DNA of 64,000 nucleotides from Marsupella aquatica (taxonomy: Eukaryota > Plantae > Marchantiophyta). This document shows, piece after piece, positions 13,094 through 24,225 of this stretch (its first letter is position 1; each line of letters opens with the position of its first letter). The stretch covers positions 32,375,208-32,439,207 of the forward strand of contig OZ316891.1 in NCBI GenBank assembly GCA_973895155.1. The letters are read 5' to 3'. The position numbers and the translations under genes were made by a program. The notes under the pieces are model-generated. The model ran no database searches. It was not told the origin of the DNA and saw only the letters and a list, made by a program, of their open reading frames with translations.

Positions 13094-16000
13094 TGTGATG
13101 CCTAGACAGGAATCACTCGGCCGGTTAAGTGGGTAAAGCAGGAAGGCACCCTAGGAACACCTTAGTATAGTGACAAAACAAGGAAAATATAAACAATTAG
13201 GGGCAACCATGGAACCCGGGCAGAGGCCGGAGGTAAGGCTGAGGGTGAAAACCCGATTAGGGTTAGGGCGCGTTAAGCGTCGGCGGCTAGGAAGGATCAA
13301 CGGGAAGAAGGACCGGCAGAGGAGAGGGGTAAGGAGCGCTTGCAGGAGATGGTGGCTCATTTGCGAGCACGAACTAGGCAGACGACTACGGGAAGCCAAC
13401 TACTGTCAGCTGCTTAGGCAAGCACTCGGGGAGAGAGTAGATACCGACGATCAACCTAAGGAGGGTATGAGCAACGTCAATCAAGCGGCACATTTCTGGG
13501 GATGCCTGTTCGAACGGGCAACTGAGTACATCAAGACTTACGAGGACGAGGAGTCAGAAAGGGCAGCTCGAGAACGGCAAGAGCTCGCTCGATTGTGGGA
13601 GCTGCAGAAGACGGCTTTCTTAGGAGGCGAACTCATCAAGGACGAGTTCCTGTGGACGCCTACTTCCAATCAACTCGACGATCTTCTATTTTGCAAAGAT
13701 AGCGTCGTCGGCATCCGAGAGGCCATCAAGAACTGCAACGACATACACTGGGAATTAAAGGGTAGCACGGAAAGGTGGACCCAGGCAACGGTGCTAGGAG
13801 AAACCTCCACGGCAGCAGAGATGAAGAGGAAGGGAGCCGTCAACGATGAAGCCACCCCGGCAAAAAGAACGAGGTCGGCGGCACCAAAGAAGCCAGCCGA
13901 GCAGCAGAGCAGGAGGCAGGGAGAAGCCGAAGAGGAGGAGGTCGATCCCATCAAGGCCATTCCAACCAGGGATGACACCTGGAAGGGCTGGGCGGCAACC
14001 CTACCGGTGGAGGTGCAACTACATTTTGCACGGGAGGAGGATGCATGCTTTACGGCCATGCAGACCAAGAAGTACCAAGGCTTCATGGCCGGATCCGGCT
14101 TGGAGGCCTTTGTAAGATTACCATGGCTGAAGCCGGAGGTACCGGAGTCAGACCTATTAGAATTCGTGGGGTCATGGGAACCCGAGACCAATTGCACGAG
14201 GATATATGGGAAGGATTTCTATCTTACTCCCAAGGTGATTGCCGAAGTGTTTGGCTTGCCGATGGGCAATAAGACCAAAGTTGATACCAGGAAGACCTTG
14301 CCTGACAAGGAGTTCCGGTCGTTCCCCGGGCCATCAACGAAGAATGGCTTCTTCCGGAACACCTGCACCAACCCGCACATAGGAGAGATGATCGACTTCT
14401 TGCGGGTGACCATGCATTGTAACTTGCCGAGGGCAGAGATCGGCAAGGCACAGGTCTATCTGGCAGAAAGGCCAGACCCAAGCCGGGACTACAACGGGTA
14501 CCTCCTCAACCAATTGAAGAAGATCTTAAAGGAGGAGCAGCAGGTAATCGGCATGGGGAGCGTGTCGCGGCTTGGCTATCACATGCCGCTGTTGTGCCGG
14601 TATGCCAGAGGTCAGACTTTTGCCCCGATACTTCCCCTGCAGGTAAGGGCACCCGAGGAAGCTCCAACGCCGAGGCCGTTGGTTGAGAAGCCTCAACCAC
14701 CTGTTAGTCCTACGATCGAGCAGGTGTTTAGGCCCAGGAAGGAAGACTTGCCGATGCAGCAACCAGGCATGCAGAGTCTGCTGAAACTACTGGAGAAAGA
14801 AAAGAAATCGGCATCGGCAACAACAACGGCAATGGCAACAATGCAGGACACTACTACAGAGGTAGGCCTACACCGGCTCACAAGAGAAAACCCCTTTGCT
14901 GGAGACAAGGAGAGAATCAGGCCGGAATCCAAGCCAGGTGTTCGAATGTACGTGGGAACCTCAAGCTCCGAATCTGAGGCAGAATTGCCTGAAGCTCCTA
15001 CCGAGGAAGAGGAGAGGGAGAAGCCGGAAATCCAAGAGGTAGAGGAGGCAGTGGAGGACTGCAGCCATGATAATTCCGGCTATGGGTCGGACCATCACGT
15101 TCCAGGAGTAAGGACCTGTGGCCGGTTTGTCCCCACACTTCCAAGGGTAGTGCGAGGGGACCCCAACCAGCAGAGTAGCCCTGAGTCTCCCCCACCAGAT
15201 GTTGCTCCCCCGAGCTTCGACGGCATAAAACAGACGGTGCAGGAATTTCAGGAGCGAATCAAGCAGGAGGAAGAGGCCGCCCTGGCTAAGGAAAAGGATT
15301 TACCAGGAGGAGATTGGCCGGAGGACATCAGGCGGCTAGCCGAAAAAGGAAGCAAACCTCTAGCCACGATTGAAGAGATCCGCAGGACGGCTTGGGAGCA
15401 GAGGCCACGATGGGCGATGCCGATCACTTCTACTTACTCCACCTACGCTAAGAATAGAGCCATGGAGTATGGTGAGATGTGTGGGGAACTTGCACTCGGC
15501 ATCTTTGGAGAGGAGTTGGAGGTAGGACCCTTTTTCCATAGGGAGCAGTTGGAGAAGCACCAATTAGAAGAAGCGGTGGCTTTAGAGAGAAGCAAGAAGG
15601 ACGAGGTCATTCGGCGGCTTAGGAGGATGGGAGCCGAGATTGAAGATCTAAGGGCGGCCAAGAAAGCCCAAGATGAACTGCGGATTAAACGACATGAGCT
15701 GAACATCATGCAGGGGCAGTTGGACGCCGCGCAGGTTGATAATCAGAATATCAAGGATAAACTGACTCAGACGCAGGAAGAGTTGGCCGACACGATCAAA
15801 GAAAGGGAAAAGTGGAAGCAAGAGCTGAAGAATACAGAGGAGGCCCACATAACAGCCAACAGCCGGGCCATGGCGGAGACCCAAAGAAAGGAATGGGCGT
15901 TGAAAGGGGAGCTCGAGAAAATCCGCGGAGCCCTTGAGCAGAAGGAGGTCGAGTTAGGGAAATCCTATCAAGGGATTATGGCGCTGCAGCTGGAGCTTGC

Positions 16001-17741
16001 GTCCCTGACGGCCAGCTTCAAGGCCGACCTAAGGGAGAAGGACGAGATGCTCGAACAGACTTACGCCAAGATGAACCAGATGGAGTCTGTCATCATTGCA
16101 GAGCTCGACAAGGAGCTAAGAGCAACCCAGGAGGAGAAGGCTACCTTGAAGAAGGAATTGGAGGAAGCCCACAGGGAGCAGGAGGAGGCCAAAAACGAGC
16201 TGGAGGGGGCACGTAAGGACCTGGATGAAACCCAAGAGGAGTTGGAGGAAATCACGAGGAAGATGGAGAACCTACAGCGGCGGGCCGACAACCAAACAGA
16301 GCGGCTGAAGAAACAAGCCGCAGTATTTAAATGCTTAGCTGCAGCAGGTCCATCTCCTGTTGGGACAAACCAGTTACCAGGGGTGGTAATTGCCGAAGGA
16401 CAAGCCGCGCCACCTGCACCAGTGCCGGAGGTAAGTGGGAAGGGGAAGGGACCAGCTGCCGAGCCACCAACGAAGAAGAAGCGGAAACCTTCAGGGTCAA
16501 GGAGTAATACGACTTCACAGGCCGTGGTGATCAAGGAGGTAGACCCAGCACCGACCCCAGACAGGGTCATGGCTAAGGATCCAACTATCCTAGGGAAAGG
16601 GGAGGCCGAAGCCGTGGGGTTGGCTGAAGCCGAAGCCGTGGGGTTGGCTGAAGCCGAAGCCGTGGGAGTTGTCGAGGCTGAAGCCGAAGGTGGACCCAGT
16701 CAGGCCGATGGAGAGTTGACTCGGTCAAGGGCAGGTAATCTGTCAGTAGGCGGGCCAACGGCAGTGGCTGAGGAGGAAGTGTTGGGGGCGTCCATTGAGG
16801 ATCCACCACCGGTGTCGTGACGGTGCAAGGGCGCCGTTCCTTTTAGGGAGGGCGGACGTGGAGGGAGGAGGCGTGAGTGGGCAGGGCGGGCGCGGATCTC
16901 CACGTTTAGGATTAGGATCAGAACCAGGAGCGGCCCTGACACTTAGCTTAGTGGGATTGCGGTTCCACTGGTAGGAGCAACACTTGTGCTCCTGCCTTGC
17001 TGTACATAGGTAGATTCGGGCAAGTAGATTACTGTTAGGTAGATTAGGCTTACGATGCAAAGAATGGCGGATCCACTACCAGGATAAGTACCTGGGCAGC
17101 GGGGAGCTCAGGGCCTCTTCTTTAGCAAGTTTTTAGTTTGCACCAGCCGGGCTGGGATCAAGTAGTACAAGAAGCTCTCGGTTAGTCATACAGTGACCCT
17201 TGTGTATATTCATGTTTCCTCATGCCTAAGAGCTGAATAGAGTTGGCCTCACGGCTTAGTTCGCAGAACTTGTGTATGAGATGTACTGTTTGTATGGCAA
17301 GTGCATGGTATGACTCAGTCAGAATGAGTCATTTTGCTATTTGTGTGTCGCATTAACTTGTGTGAAGAGTGCCCACATCAACAGAAGGAAGGAAAGTAAG
17401 CAGGGGAGTGAGAGTTGGATGTGTCGAGCTGAGAGAGGTCTTAGCGGCTTAACCAAGCCTATTGGGGATCATTCCGGCGGCGGAATCCAAACATACCTAA
17501 CAAGACGGAGGGGAAGACAGGGGAAGACAGGGGAAGGCCTATATTAGGCCGGCTACGTATCTCATGACCCGATGAAGGATCTGTCCAGTATATGTGTGTA
17601 AAATGTTAATAGTAGTAGTAGAAGGTTAGCAGCGTCCCATGCCGCTAAGCCGCGGAAACGGCCTCGCCAAGCACGAAACCTGCGGGAATCGGCTTGAGCT
17701 GGGGGGTTTCTTGGGTTTAGGGAGCCATGGGACGCACCACA
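13094..17741 (+). mobile_element. Solo LTR, family A (4648 bp), protein-coding
   Basis: TGTGAT...ACCACA; TSD GAGCT at 13089-13093 and 17742-17746; near-identical to the LTRs at 24111 and 33927. Confidence 0.95.
13209..16820 (+). CDS. LTR-encoded ~1200-aa protein (Arg-rich N-terminus, conserved domain, long coiled coil, acidic tail)
   Basis: Uninterrupted ORF (track 13170-16820, first ATG 13209) lying entirely within the solo LTR. Confidence 0.85.
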   Translation: MEPGQRPEVRLRVKTRLGLGRVKRRRLGRINGKKDRQRRGVRSACRRWWLICEHELGRRLREANYCQLLRQALGERVDTDDQPKEGMSNVNQAAHFWGCLFERATEYIKTYEDEESERAARERQELARLWELQKTAFLGGELIKDEFLWTPTSNQLDDLLFCKDSVVGIREAIKNCNDIHWELKGSTERWTQATVLGETSTAAEMKRKGAVNDEATPAKRTRSAAPKKPAEQQSRRQGEAEEEEVDPIKAIPTRDDTWKGWAATLPVEVQLHFAREEDACFTAMQTKKYQGFMAGSGLEAFVRLPWLKPEVPESDLLEFVGSWEPETNCTRIYGKDFYLTPKVIAEVFGLPMGNKTKVDTRKTLPDKEFRSFPGPSTKNGFFRNTCTNPHIGEMIDFLRVTMHCNLPRAEIGKAQVYLAERPDPSRDYNGYLLNQLKKILKEEQQVIGMGSVSRLGYHMPLLCRYARGQTFAPILPLQVRAPEEAPTPRPLVEKPQPPVSPTIEQVFRPRKEDLPMQQPGMQSLLKLLEKEKKSASATTTAMATMQDTTTEVGLHRLTRENPFAGDKERIRPESKPGVRMYVGTSSSESEAELPEAPTEEEEREKPEIQEVEEAVEDCSHDNSGYGSDHHVPGVRTCGRFVPTLPRVVRGDPNQQSSPESPPPDVAPPSFDGIKQTVQEFQERIKQEEEAALAKEKDLPGGDWPEDIRRLAEKGSKPLATIEEIRRTAWEQRPRWAMPITSTYSTYAKNRAMEYGEMCGELALGIFGEELEVGPFFHREQLEKHQLEEAVALERSKKDEVIRRLRRMGAEIEDLRAAKKAQDELRIKRHELNIMQGQLDAAQVDNQNIKDKLTQTQEELADTIKEREKWKQELKNTEEAHITANSRAMAETQRKEWALKGELEKIRGALEQKEVELGKSYQGIMALQLELASLTASFKADLREKDEMLEQTYAKMNQMESVIIAELDKELRATQEEKATLKKELEEAHREQEEAKNELEGARKDLDETQEELEEITRKMENLQRRADNQTERLKKQAAVFKCLAAAGPSPVGTNQLPGVVIAEGQAAPPAPVPEVSGKGKGPAAEPPTKKKRKPSGSRSNTTSQAVVIKEVDPAPTPDRVMAKDPTILGKGEAEAVGLAEAEAVGLAEAEAVGVVEAEAEGGPSQADGELTRSRAGNLSVGGPTAVAEEEVLGASIEDPPPVS

Positions 17742-19119
17742 GAGCTTACTTGGATCCTAGCCTCCCCAAAACTTCTGTAGTCAAACGAGAACCCAAACTC
17801 GTGCTCACCACCCAAGATTGATTGAATCTGCACATTCCTCAGTGCACAATTAAAACATATCACAGTTATTCTGTCTCTGTACATTCAAATCAGTCAAACA
17901 GTTGAATAATTCTGCACAACTTCAACTATAGTACATACACCAGACCATAACTGAAAAGAGGGGAGATCCACACCTGGAGTATGTTGTCCTCTGCACAACA
18001 CTGATATAGAATACAGCCCTAAACAACACGATCCGAGACCCACGTACCACTAGTAAGTGAACTCGCCCTACAAAGACAACAATGGAGCAAATAATTCAGA
18101 ATGTAGCCCTTGTAGACAATAATGTTGACCTGCATTGTGACATCGTTCACAACAAGCTTCCTTCAATACTCCAAGAAGATTTAGACTCTGAGGGTCTGTC
18201 TGTCTACTACCTCCGCAATTCTACCTTGAGGTCCTACGTTGAAGGCAACTCTAGCTGTGCATTCTGCTAAGCCAAGCTGCAACAAAACAAAACCAAAGAA
18301 GACTTTCATTCACTTTGGAACCCACAAAATGAGTCATTCATAGCAACATTCATACCTTCATTGCACAGCATAGTGCAGGATCAGATTGGATCTGATTTGG
18401 ATAGCGAGCACTAATCACAATGAAGATCGAGCACCGATCACAAAGGAAGCACCAATCACCAAGAAATAACTGATCACCGAGAACCACCAAGCAATGGGAC
18501 CAAATAGAATGTCCCTTGCTAAGTTCACCCTAAATGGACAATCCTGCCAATGCGAGTGGGGATCAGATGTGCAACTTTTCAGAAGCTTCTACGCTGGATT
18601 TCAGGGTAGCTCTTTTCAAGGCAATGCAATCACACAGGCTTGTGACTGTGACAACATAGACTTTGTTTGTCACTCCTGTGAAGTTTGCAAGCAAAGTGAT
18701 AGATTCTAACCTGGGAGATGAAAGACTTCCTTCACTCTTCCGCCCTCACCAAGCATTCCTTCTGGGTCTGCGTCTTTTTGCAAGCAATCACACAGCTCAA
18801 TCCTGCAACTAAAGAACCGGACAGCAGCCTAAACTTTCCGCCAACCTTCCTGTGTAGCGTTGTCATCCTCCTAACACATATAAAGAGAGAAACATAAGAA
18901 GAAAGCAGAACGCAGGGAAACCGGGAGGGAAACAAGCAAAAAGCTATGGTGGAGACCTCATCAGTTTCTATCAAGCTCGATCCAAACCAAGTAACAGTCG
19001 GCCTCACAATGTACCTCCTCTCCGAACTCACTCCAGAACTTGTGGCAGCAGCAACACTCAGTCTACCTCAATCCTCTCCAATGTCGCGGCAGCGCAAATC
19101 AGTCACAGTCACCCTCCAA

Positions 19120-19400
19120 AGTTGCGGCAGCGCAATGCAGCCCCGATTGTCACAAAGAAAGTTGAAGATCCTCCATGGCAGCATAGCGCAGCCCTCCCGA
19201 TTGTCATGATGAAAGCGCAGCGCAACCCCTCCCAATTGTCACAAAGAAAAGCAAAGTGTAGCCCCTCCCGATTGTCACGATGAAAGCGCAGCGCAACCCC
19301 TCCCAATTGCCACAAAGAAAGCAAAGCGCAACCCCTCCCAATTGTCACAAAGAAAGTTGCGGCAGTGCAATGCAGCCCTCCCAATTGTCACAAAGAAAGT
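19120..19400. repeat. Degenerate ~33-35-bp tandem repeat
   Basis: Core CTCCC(A/G)ATTGTCAC(AAAG/GATG)AAAG repeated about 7 times. Confidence 0.8.
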
Positions 19401-20712
19401 GAACATTGAGTTTGGAACTCAATGTTCGCGCGTCCTCCCTCAACCTCGGGCCCACCGTCCTCGTCCCCTACAGCCACCACCCGAGCCATTGTGCACCGTC
19501 AGATCTTAAACCCTAAACATCGACGGCCCTTACAAACCCTGAGTGGCATCATCGGTCCCCTGGGGTCCCTTAACCAACTTTAGACCCCGTCCCAATAAAC
19601 CCCAAATAGAAATTGTTGACAATTATAAAGTTTGGTTACAATAGGGCAAAAATTGAAACATTCATGTTGCGGCAAAATTAATATTTACCACCTAAAAACA
19701 CGTGTCGTAATTACAATGAGACACGTGGTCTAATGTAAACATGACGCGTGTCGCATGAACATATGACAATAAAATCCCTAACTTTTTGGACAACTTCTAT
19801 GGACTATGTCCCAATTAAAAAATGCCTATTGTTCTTTAAAGCGACCCAATAATTAAAACGGACCCTTTAGTTCTTCCACCAATCTTCAGAAGTCTTCCGC
19901 CAAACTCAATTAAATGGCCCTATACTTTGTCGCACGTGATGTGGCACTTCCACGGAAGTGACCCCCCCCCCCGAGATACCCTCTCCATAACCTAGAATGG
20001 ATGGCCCGAAGCAACATCTCGGACCTAAACCTAGGATTGAAAGTTTCTCATTTCTTGGCAATGGAACGCTCAAGAGACGACGATTCTCAGGTTTACTAGG
20101 CGACACATGGTAAGAACTGGGCTCAGGACCAGAACTTGCATCAGAATCTGAGTCAAAGATTTTGGGCACTATCTGCTGTGAGAGAGGTAGAGCTTTAAGT
20201 ATGTGACTTGGCAAACAACGAGCGACAACATTAGGAGAGTGTGACGCTGATGACATGGTCCTTATTCTATGATCTGATTAAGTAGGCTACTATATGCAAG
20301 GAGTAGCTATTGATATTGCATAAAAATTAGCAAGCTAGCAAGAATAAGGGCAATCATGGCGTTAAGAGTAGGGATAAAGGTATTTCAGCTTGAAGACTGC
20401 ACAACCAAGGCAGACACAGTTTAGGTAGTCACTGTCAAGGCCACAAAGGAGAAACTGGGAAGAGAGGATTCAGCTCTTTAAGCATACCATCTTCTTGACA
20501 AGCAAGATGGAGCATGGAGGCTCTTCAAGACGCCGGTACGGAGGTAGGCGTGGTAATTCAAGGAAGCAAGTCTCCATAGTTGAATATGAAGTTGTGGGGT
20601 ATGGTGATTGTTCTCAGGATGAAATCTAAATGTCTTGGGTGTGTAGCTTCATTTGGTTAGTTAGGTTAGTGGTTCATAGTCTAGTCTTAGAATGTTAGGG
20701 AAATAAAAGGCT

Positions 20713-21518
20713 ATGTCGCGGGTGGTTGGCGACCATAATAGAATCGGACGCCAATTATTTGCAAAAATTGAGCATTGGAAATCAGCTAAATATGTACTAG
20801 TGTACCATGATGCATATGATGGAGAGTTGGATGATGATGTTGACGATGAGGGAGATGAGGGAGATGAACCTATCCTTGAAGAAGATGCCTTTGCCCACCT
20901 TGTTGATGTTCACTTTGGACCTCATGCACCTGATGCCGAGCACCCTATCATGGAAGTGGATCAAGAAGATTGGGATCACTTGGAGACTGAAGCCAAAACA
21001 CCACTATTTGAGGGATCTCCATCCTCACGGTAAGGTTTTCCTAAAACTATCACAACTCTGGAATTTCATCTAGTGAATATTGGGCAGTCTAAGTTGTAGT
21101 GCCAGGCATGCCATCTAGCTACTTGGACTAACTGCAAAAATTCTGGTGTTTGTGGTTTTGCAAATCCAGGTTGGGTGCAACTTTGTTGATGTTGAATTTG
21201 CAAGGAGTTTTCAATGGTTCGGATGTCCATACAGATGCACTCTTCCAACTGTTCCACGACAAACTCTTGCCCCAACCAAACACTCTCCCTAGATGTGTGA
21301 GGGAGGCTAAGAAGTTGTTAGCCTCAATTGAATTGGCTTTAGACACTATCCACATGTGCCCAGGTGGGTGCATCTTGTATAGAGGGGTGTACAAGGATCA
21401 CACTCACTGCCTAGAGGAACACTGTAGGCTTCCACGGTATCGACCAGACACCATTGGAGACAAGATTGCAGAAAAGGTAATATTTTCCTCAACGCAATGT
21501 GAGAACAAGAAAGTCTGA
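20713..21518 (+). pseudogene. CACTA (En/Spm) TnpD-type transposase N-terminal fragment
   Basis: LLPQPNTLP...EAKKLL...IHMCPGGCILYRG.Y...C....C...RYR is typical of CACTA transposases. Two exon-like blocks; cut off by the LTR at 21714. Confidence 0.75.
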
Positions 21519-22232
21519 CTTTTAACGTTGCATTCTTTCAAACAACGTCGTATATGACTATGTTACTTGGTTACTTTACGTTGTCCATCTCACTTTACAT
21601 CTTTCTACCTGACATTTTTTGTTTTTACGTCGTATGGGAAGCAGTTACTAATGTCGCATGGTACATTGTATGTAAGAAACGTCGTCCTCCACCATGTTCA
21701 TTTTACTAATACATGTGACACGGGTAACATGTCACTTAACCGAACGCGGGTCCTAGATTAAGACTTATACGGTCATTAGGACCATAGCCGTAGCGTAGAA
21801 TAGCACAAATAGCCGTCTTTGCCATTATGAATAGATTAGGAGTAGGTTAGTTGATTGAATGATTACAAATTAAGGAAGAGGATTATTATGCTCGACCGCG
21901 GTACGGTGGCGGTGGCGGAGTAAAAATCCGTTAGGAGAATCATGGTTGGACCGAGATGCCGACTTTAGCTCATTATCAACAACCAAAACAGCCTTTCCCT
22001 CTCACGCTTGAGCTCACCCTGGCACCTCCATAAGAGCGGAGTCGATGGAGCTGCGAGCCATTTGCTCATTTCCACCTTTCAGAATCTGTGGATGCTACCA
22101 TTCTCTTGCCTCTTTGGCTTGAATCAAGCTGACCTTTACAAGGAGATCATCGAGGGATAAGGGCGGATTGTGGCAAGATTTAGTCAGGACGAGTAAGGCC
22201 TCCACAAGCAAGCAGACCGGCCGGACGAGAAT

Positions 22233-24110
22233 GTGGACTCAACAAACCAGACTACAAAGGTTAGTATGACCCTTACAACCTTGGGATTTTGGACCTTGTT
22301 TGGCGAGGTAGGTGCTAAGTTCTCCGAGACTTACTGGTACTCTTGTCCCAAGAAAGCCGCTTACAAAAGAAGATACGCAAAGTTGGTGGCCAAGGTAGCA
22401 CAGGTTAACTGCGAGAAGGCAGCCATCACCCAGGATTCCAGCTACAACAAGCTACGAGACTACATCACCAAGCTATATCTCAGCAAGAAAGGGCTTAGAT
22501 CGGTAGCAGAGGCGATTCTTGAAGTCCCCGCAAAGTTCTTTAGGCTGAAGGGCAGCCAGCGGCTTACTCAAGCGGAGTTTGACAAGATCCCAGGGTACCT
22601 CGACCAGCAGATCGCGGCCAAAAAGCGCCAAGAAGACATCAGCTGACAACGGGAAGTGGCGCGTAATCTTATGTTCCTCGAGGAAAGCTCCAACGCCTTC
22701 ACCCAGGATATGGCTACCCCGACACCACCAGCCCCTCAGCCAATGACCACCGGCATACCTCCTAACCGGTCCCAAGTCCGTCCAGTGAACAACACCAAGT
22801 GTTCCTCGAACTCCGAGCGTGTTAGTCCGCAGCTTGAGCAGTGTTCTCGGAAGCGGGCAAGGACGACACCGGCCCCCGAAGCAACAACGCAAACCAACGT
22901 CGCCCCTGCACCTGGCCCGACCAACCCCCCAACCAACCAGACCCGACGGCCCACGAATAACCTGAAGTCCAACTTATTACAGGTAATCCGCGTCCCCAAA
23001 GTAGTCTGGATCGCGATCAAGAAACTCGATCACGCGGACTATCTCAAGGGGCATCAGTTGGAGCAATTTGCTCACTTGCTATGGAGACCGTGCGCAGCTG
23101 GGCCAAAGGAGATTTGTGAGTTCATCTCCAATTTTGATACTGATGCATCAACCACCAAGGTTTCGGGGCAGACCTTATCACTCACGGAGCATCGGTTAGC
23201 ACAGATCTTCTGTCTGCCCACCGGACCGGTGTCAGTTGAACTCCAAATTTGGGATAAGGAGTATACGCCTCGGCACTTCAAACCCGAGGGTAAGACAGAC
23301 AACGGATAAAAGCAGGGGTCGTGCACCAATTTAGTCTGTATGGAGCGGCTTAACTTCATACGGACTACCCTTCACATGATTGAGCCACGATCCAAGATCT
23401 CCCTCCGTACAATCGTACAAGTGGAATAGTAAAAACGACGGAACTGGGCCCAATTTTTTTACCGTAGGTTTTCGGGGGAGCTTAAGCGGGCTCAGGGAGG
23501 TATGGCTATCGGGGGGAAGACTTACCTAGGAAGTCATATCGCCATCATCCTTGCCTGGTACAAAGCGCGGCGGGAGGCCAGGGGAAAGAACATGGCCACC
23601 TCAGCCCTGACTAATGTTACCCCCACTACGGAGGAGGCTACCCCGAGCAAGCAGACTACTGTGCCTCGGGCAAACCCCAAACCGGAAGCCCCGATTAATA
23701 CTCCGTCACCCCCTCCTATTGAAATTCCACCGCCCCCTTCCGTTGAGCCTCCGCTACCCCCAGTACAACCACCCCCAATCCCTCCACCACCTGCAGAAAC
23801 CTTCCCCTCCCTAGTATAGACTACGGAGGAGCTTATTGCCCCACCCGAGGAACCACTGGTGCCCGAGAGGATGGAGGACTACCAAGTAACCCCGGGGACC
23901 ATGGCCTACGACCTGGTCTAGAAGTTTAGTCAGACTCTATCAGGGGAGCTGGCGATGTACATCGGACAACAAGTCTCGGTGTACTTTCAACCAGCCTTCT
24001 TCATGTTAGAGCACCAACCACGGATCGTAAGCCGCTTGGAAGAAGAACTCATGGCAAAAGGGAATGAGATCGGGCGCCTCCAAATGCTGGTAGAACACCT
24101 CGAGGAGGAG
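22233..24110 (+). pseudogene. Family C LTR-encoded protein, N-terminal part (multiple stops)
   Basis: ORF pieces 22233-22646, 22656-23309 and 23502-23819; LLWRPC..EFISNFD..TKVSG..SLTEHRLAQIFCLPTG and IGGKTYLGSHIAIILAWY align with the 830-aa ORF. Confidence 0.75.
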
Positions 24111-24225
24111 TGTGATGCCTAGACAGGAATCACTCGACCGGTTAAGTGGGTAAAGCAGGAAGGCACCCTAGGAACACCTTAGTATAGGGACAAAACCAGG
24201 AAAATATAAACAATTAGGGGCAACC

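Noticed and set aside
13670-16570. Antisense and alternative-frame ORFs within the LTR proteins and gag (also repeated at 24687-27587 and 34503-37403)
   Set aside because: Shadow ORFs of purine-rich coding sequence; they recur only because the LTR is repeated.
13209-16820. LTR ORF as env, or as a captured SMC/myosin gene
   Set aside because: No signal peptide or transmembrane helix and no Walker motifs; the resemblance is only generic coiled-coil composition.
17300-17600. Hammerhead ribozyme / retrozyme in the LTR
   Set aside because: Hairpins are present (ATGACTCA...TGAGTCAT) but I could not find a CUGAnGA...GAAA core in the correct topology.
19120-19400. CRISPR-like repeat array (also 51908-52074 and 6821-6925)
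   Set aside because: No unique spacers, degenerate units, no cas genes, eukaryotic TE context.
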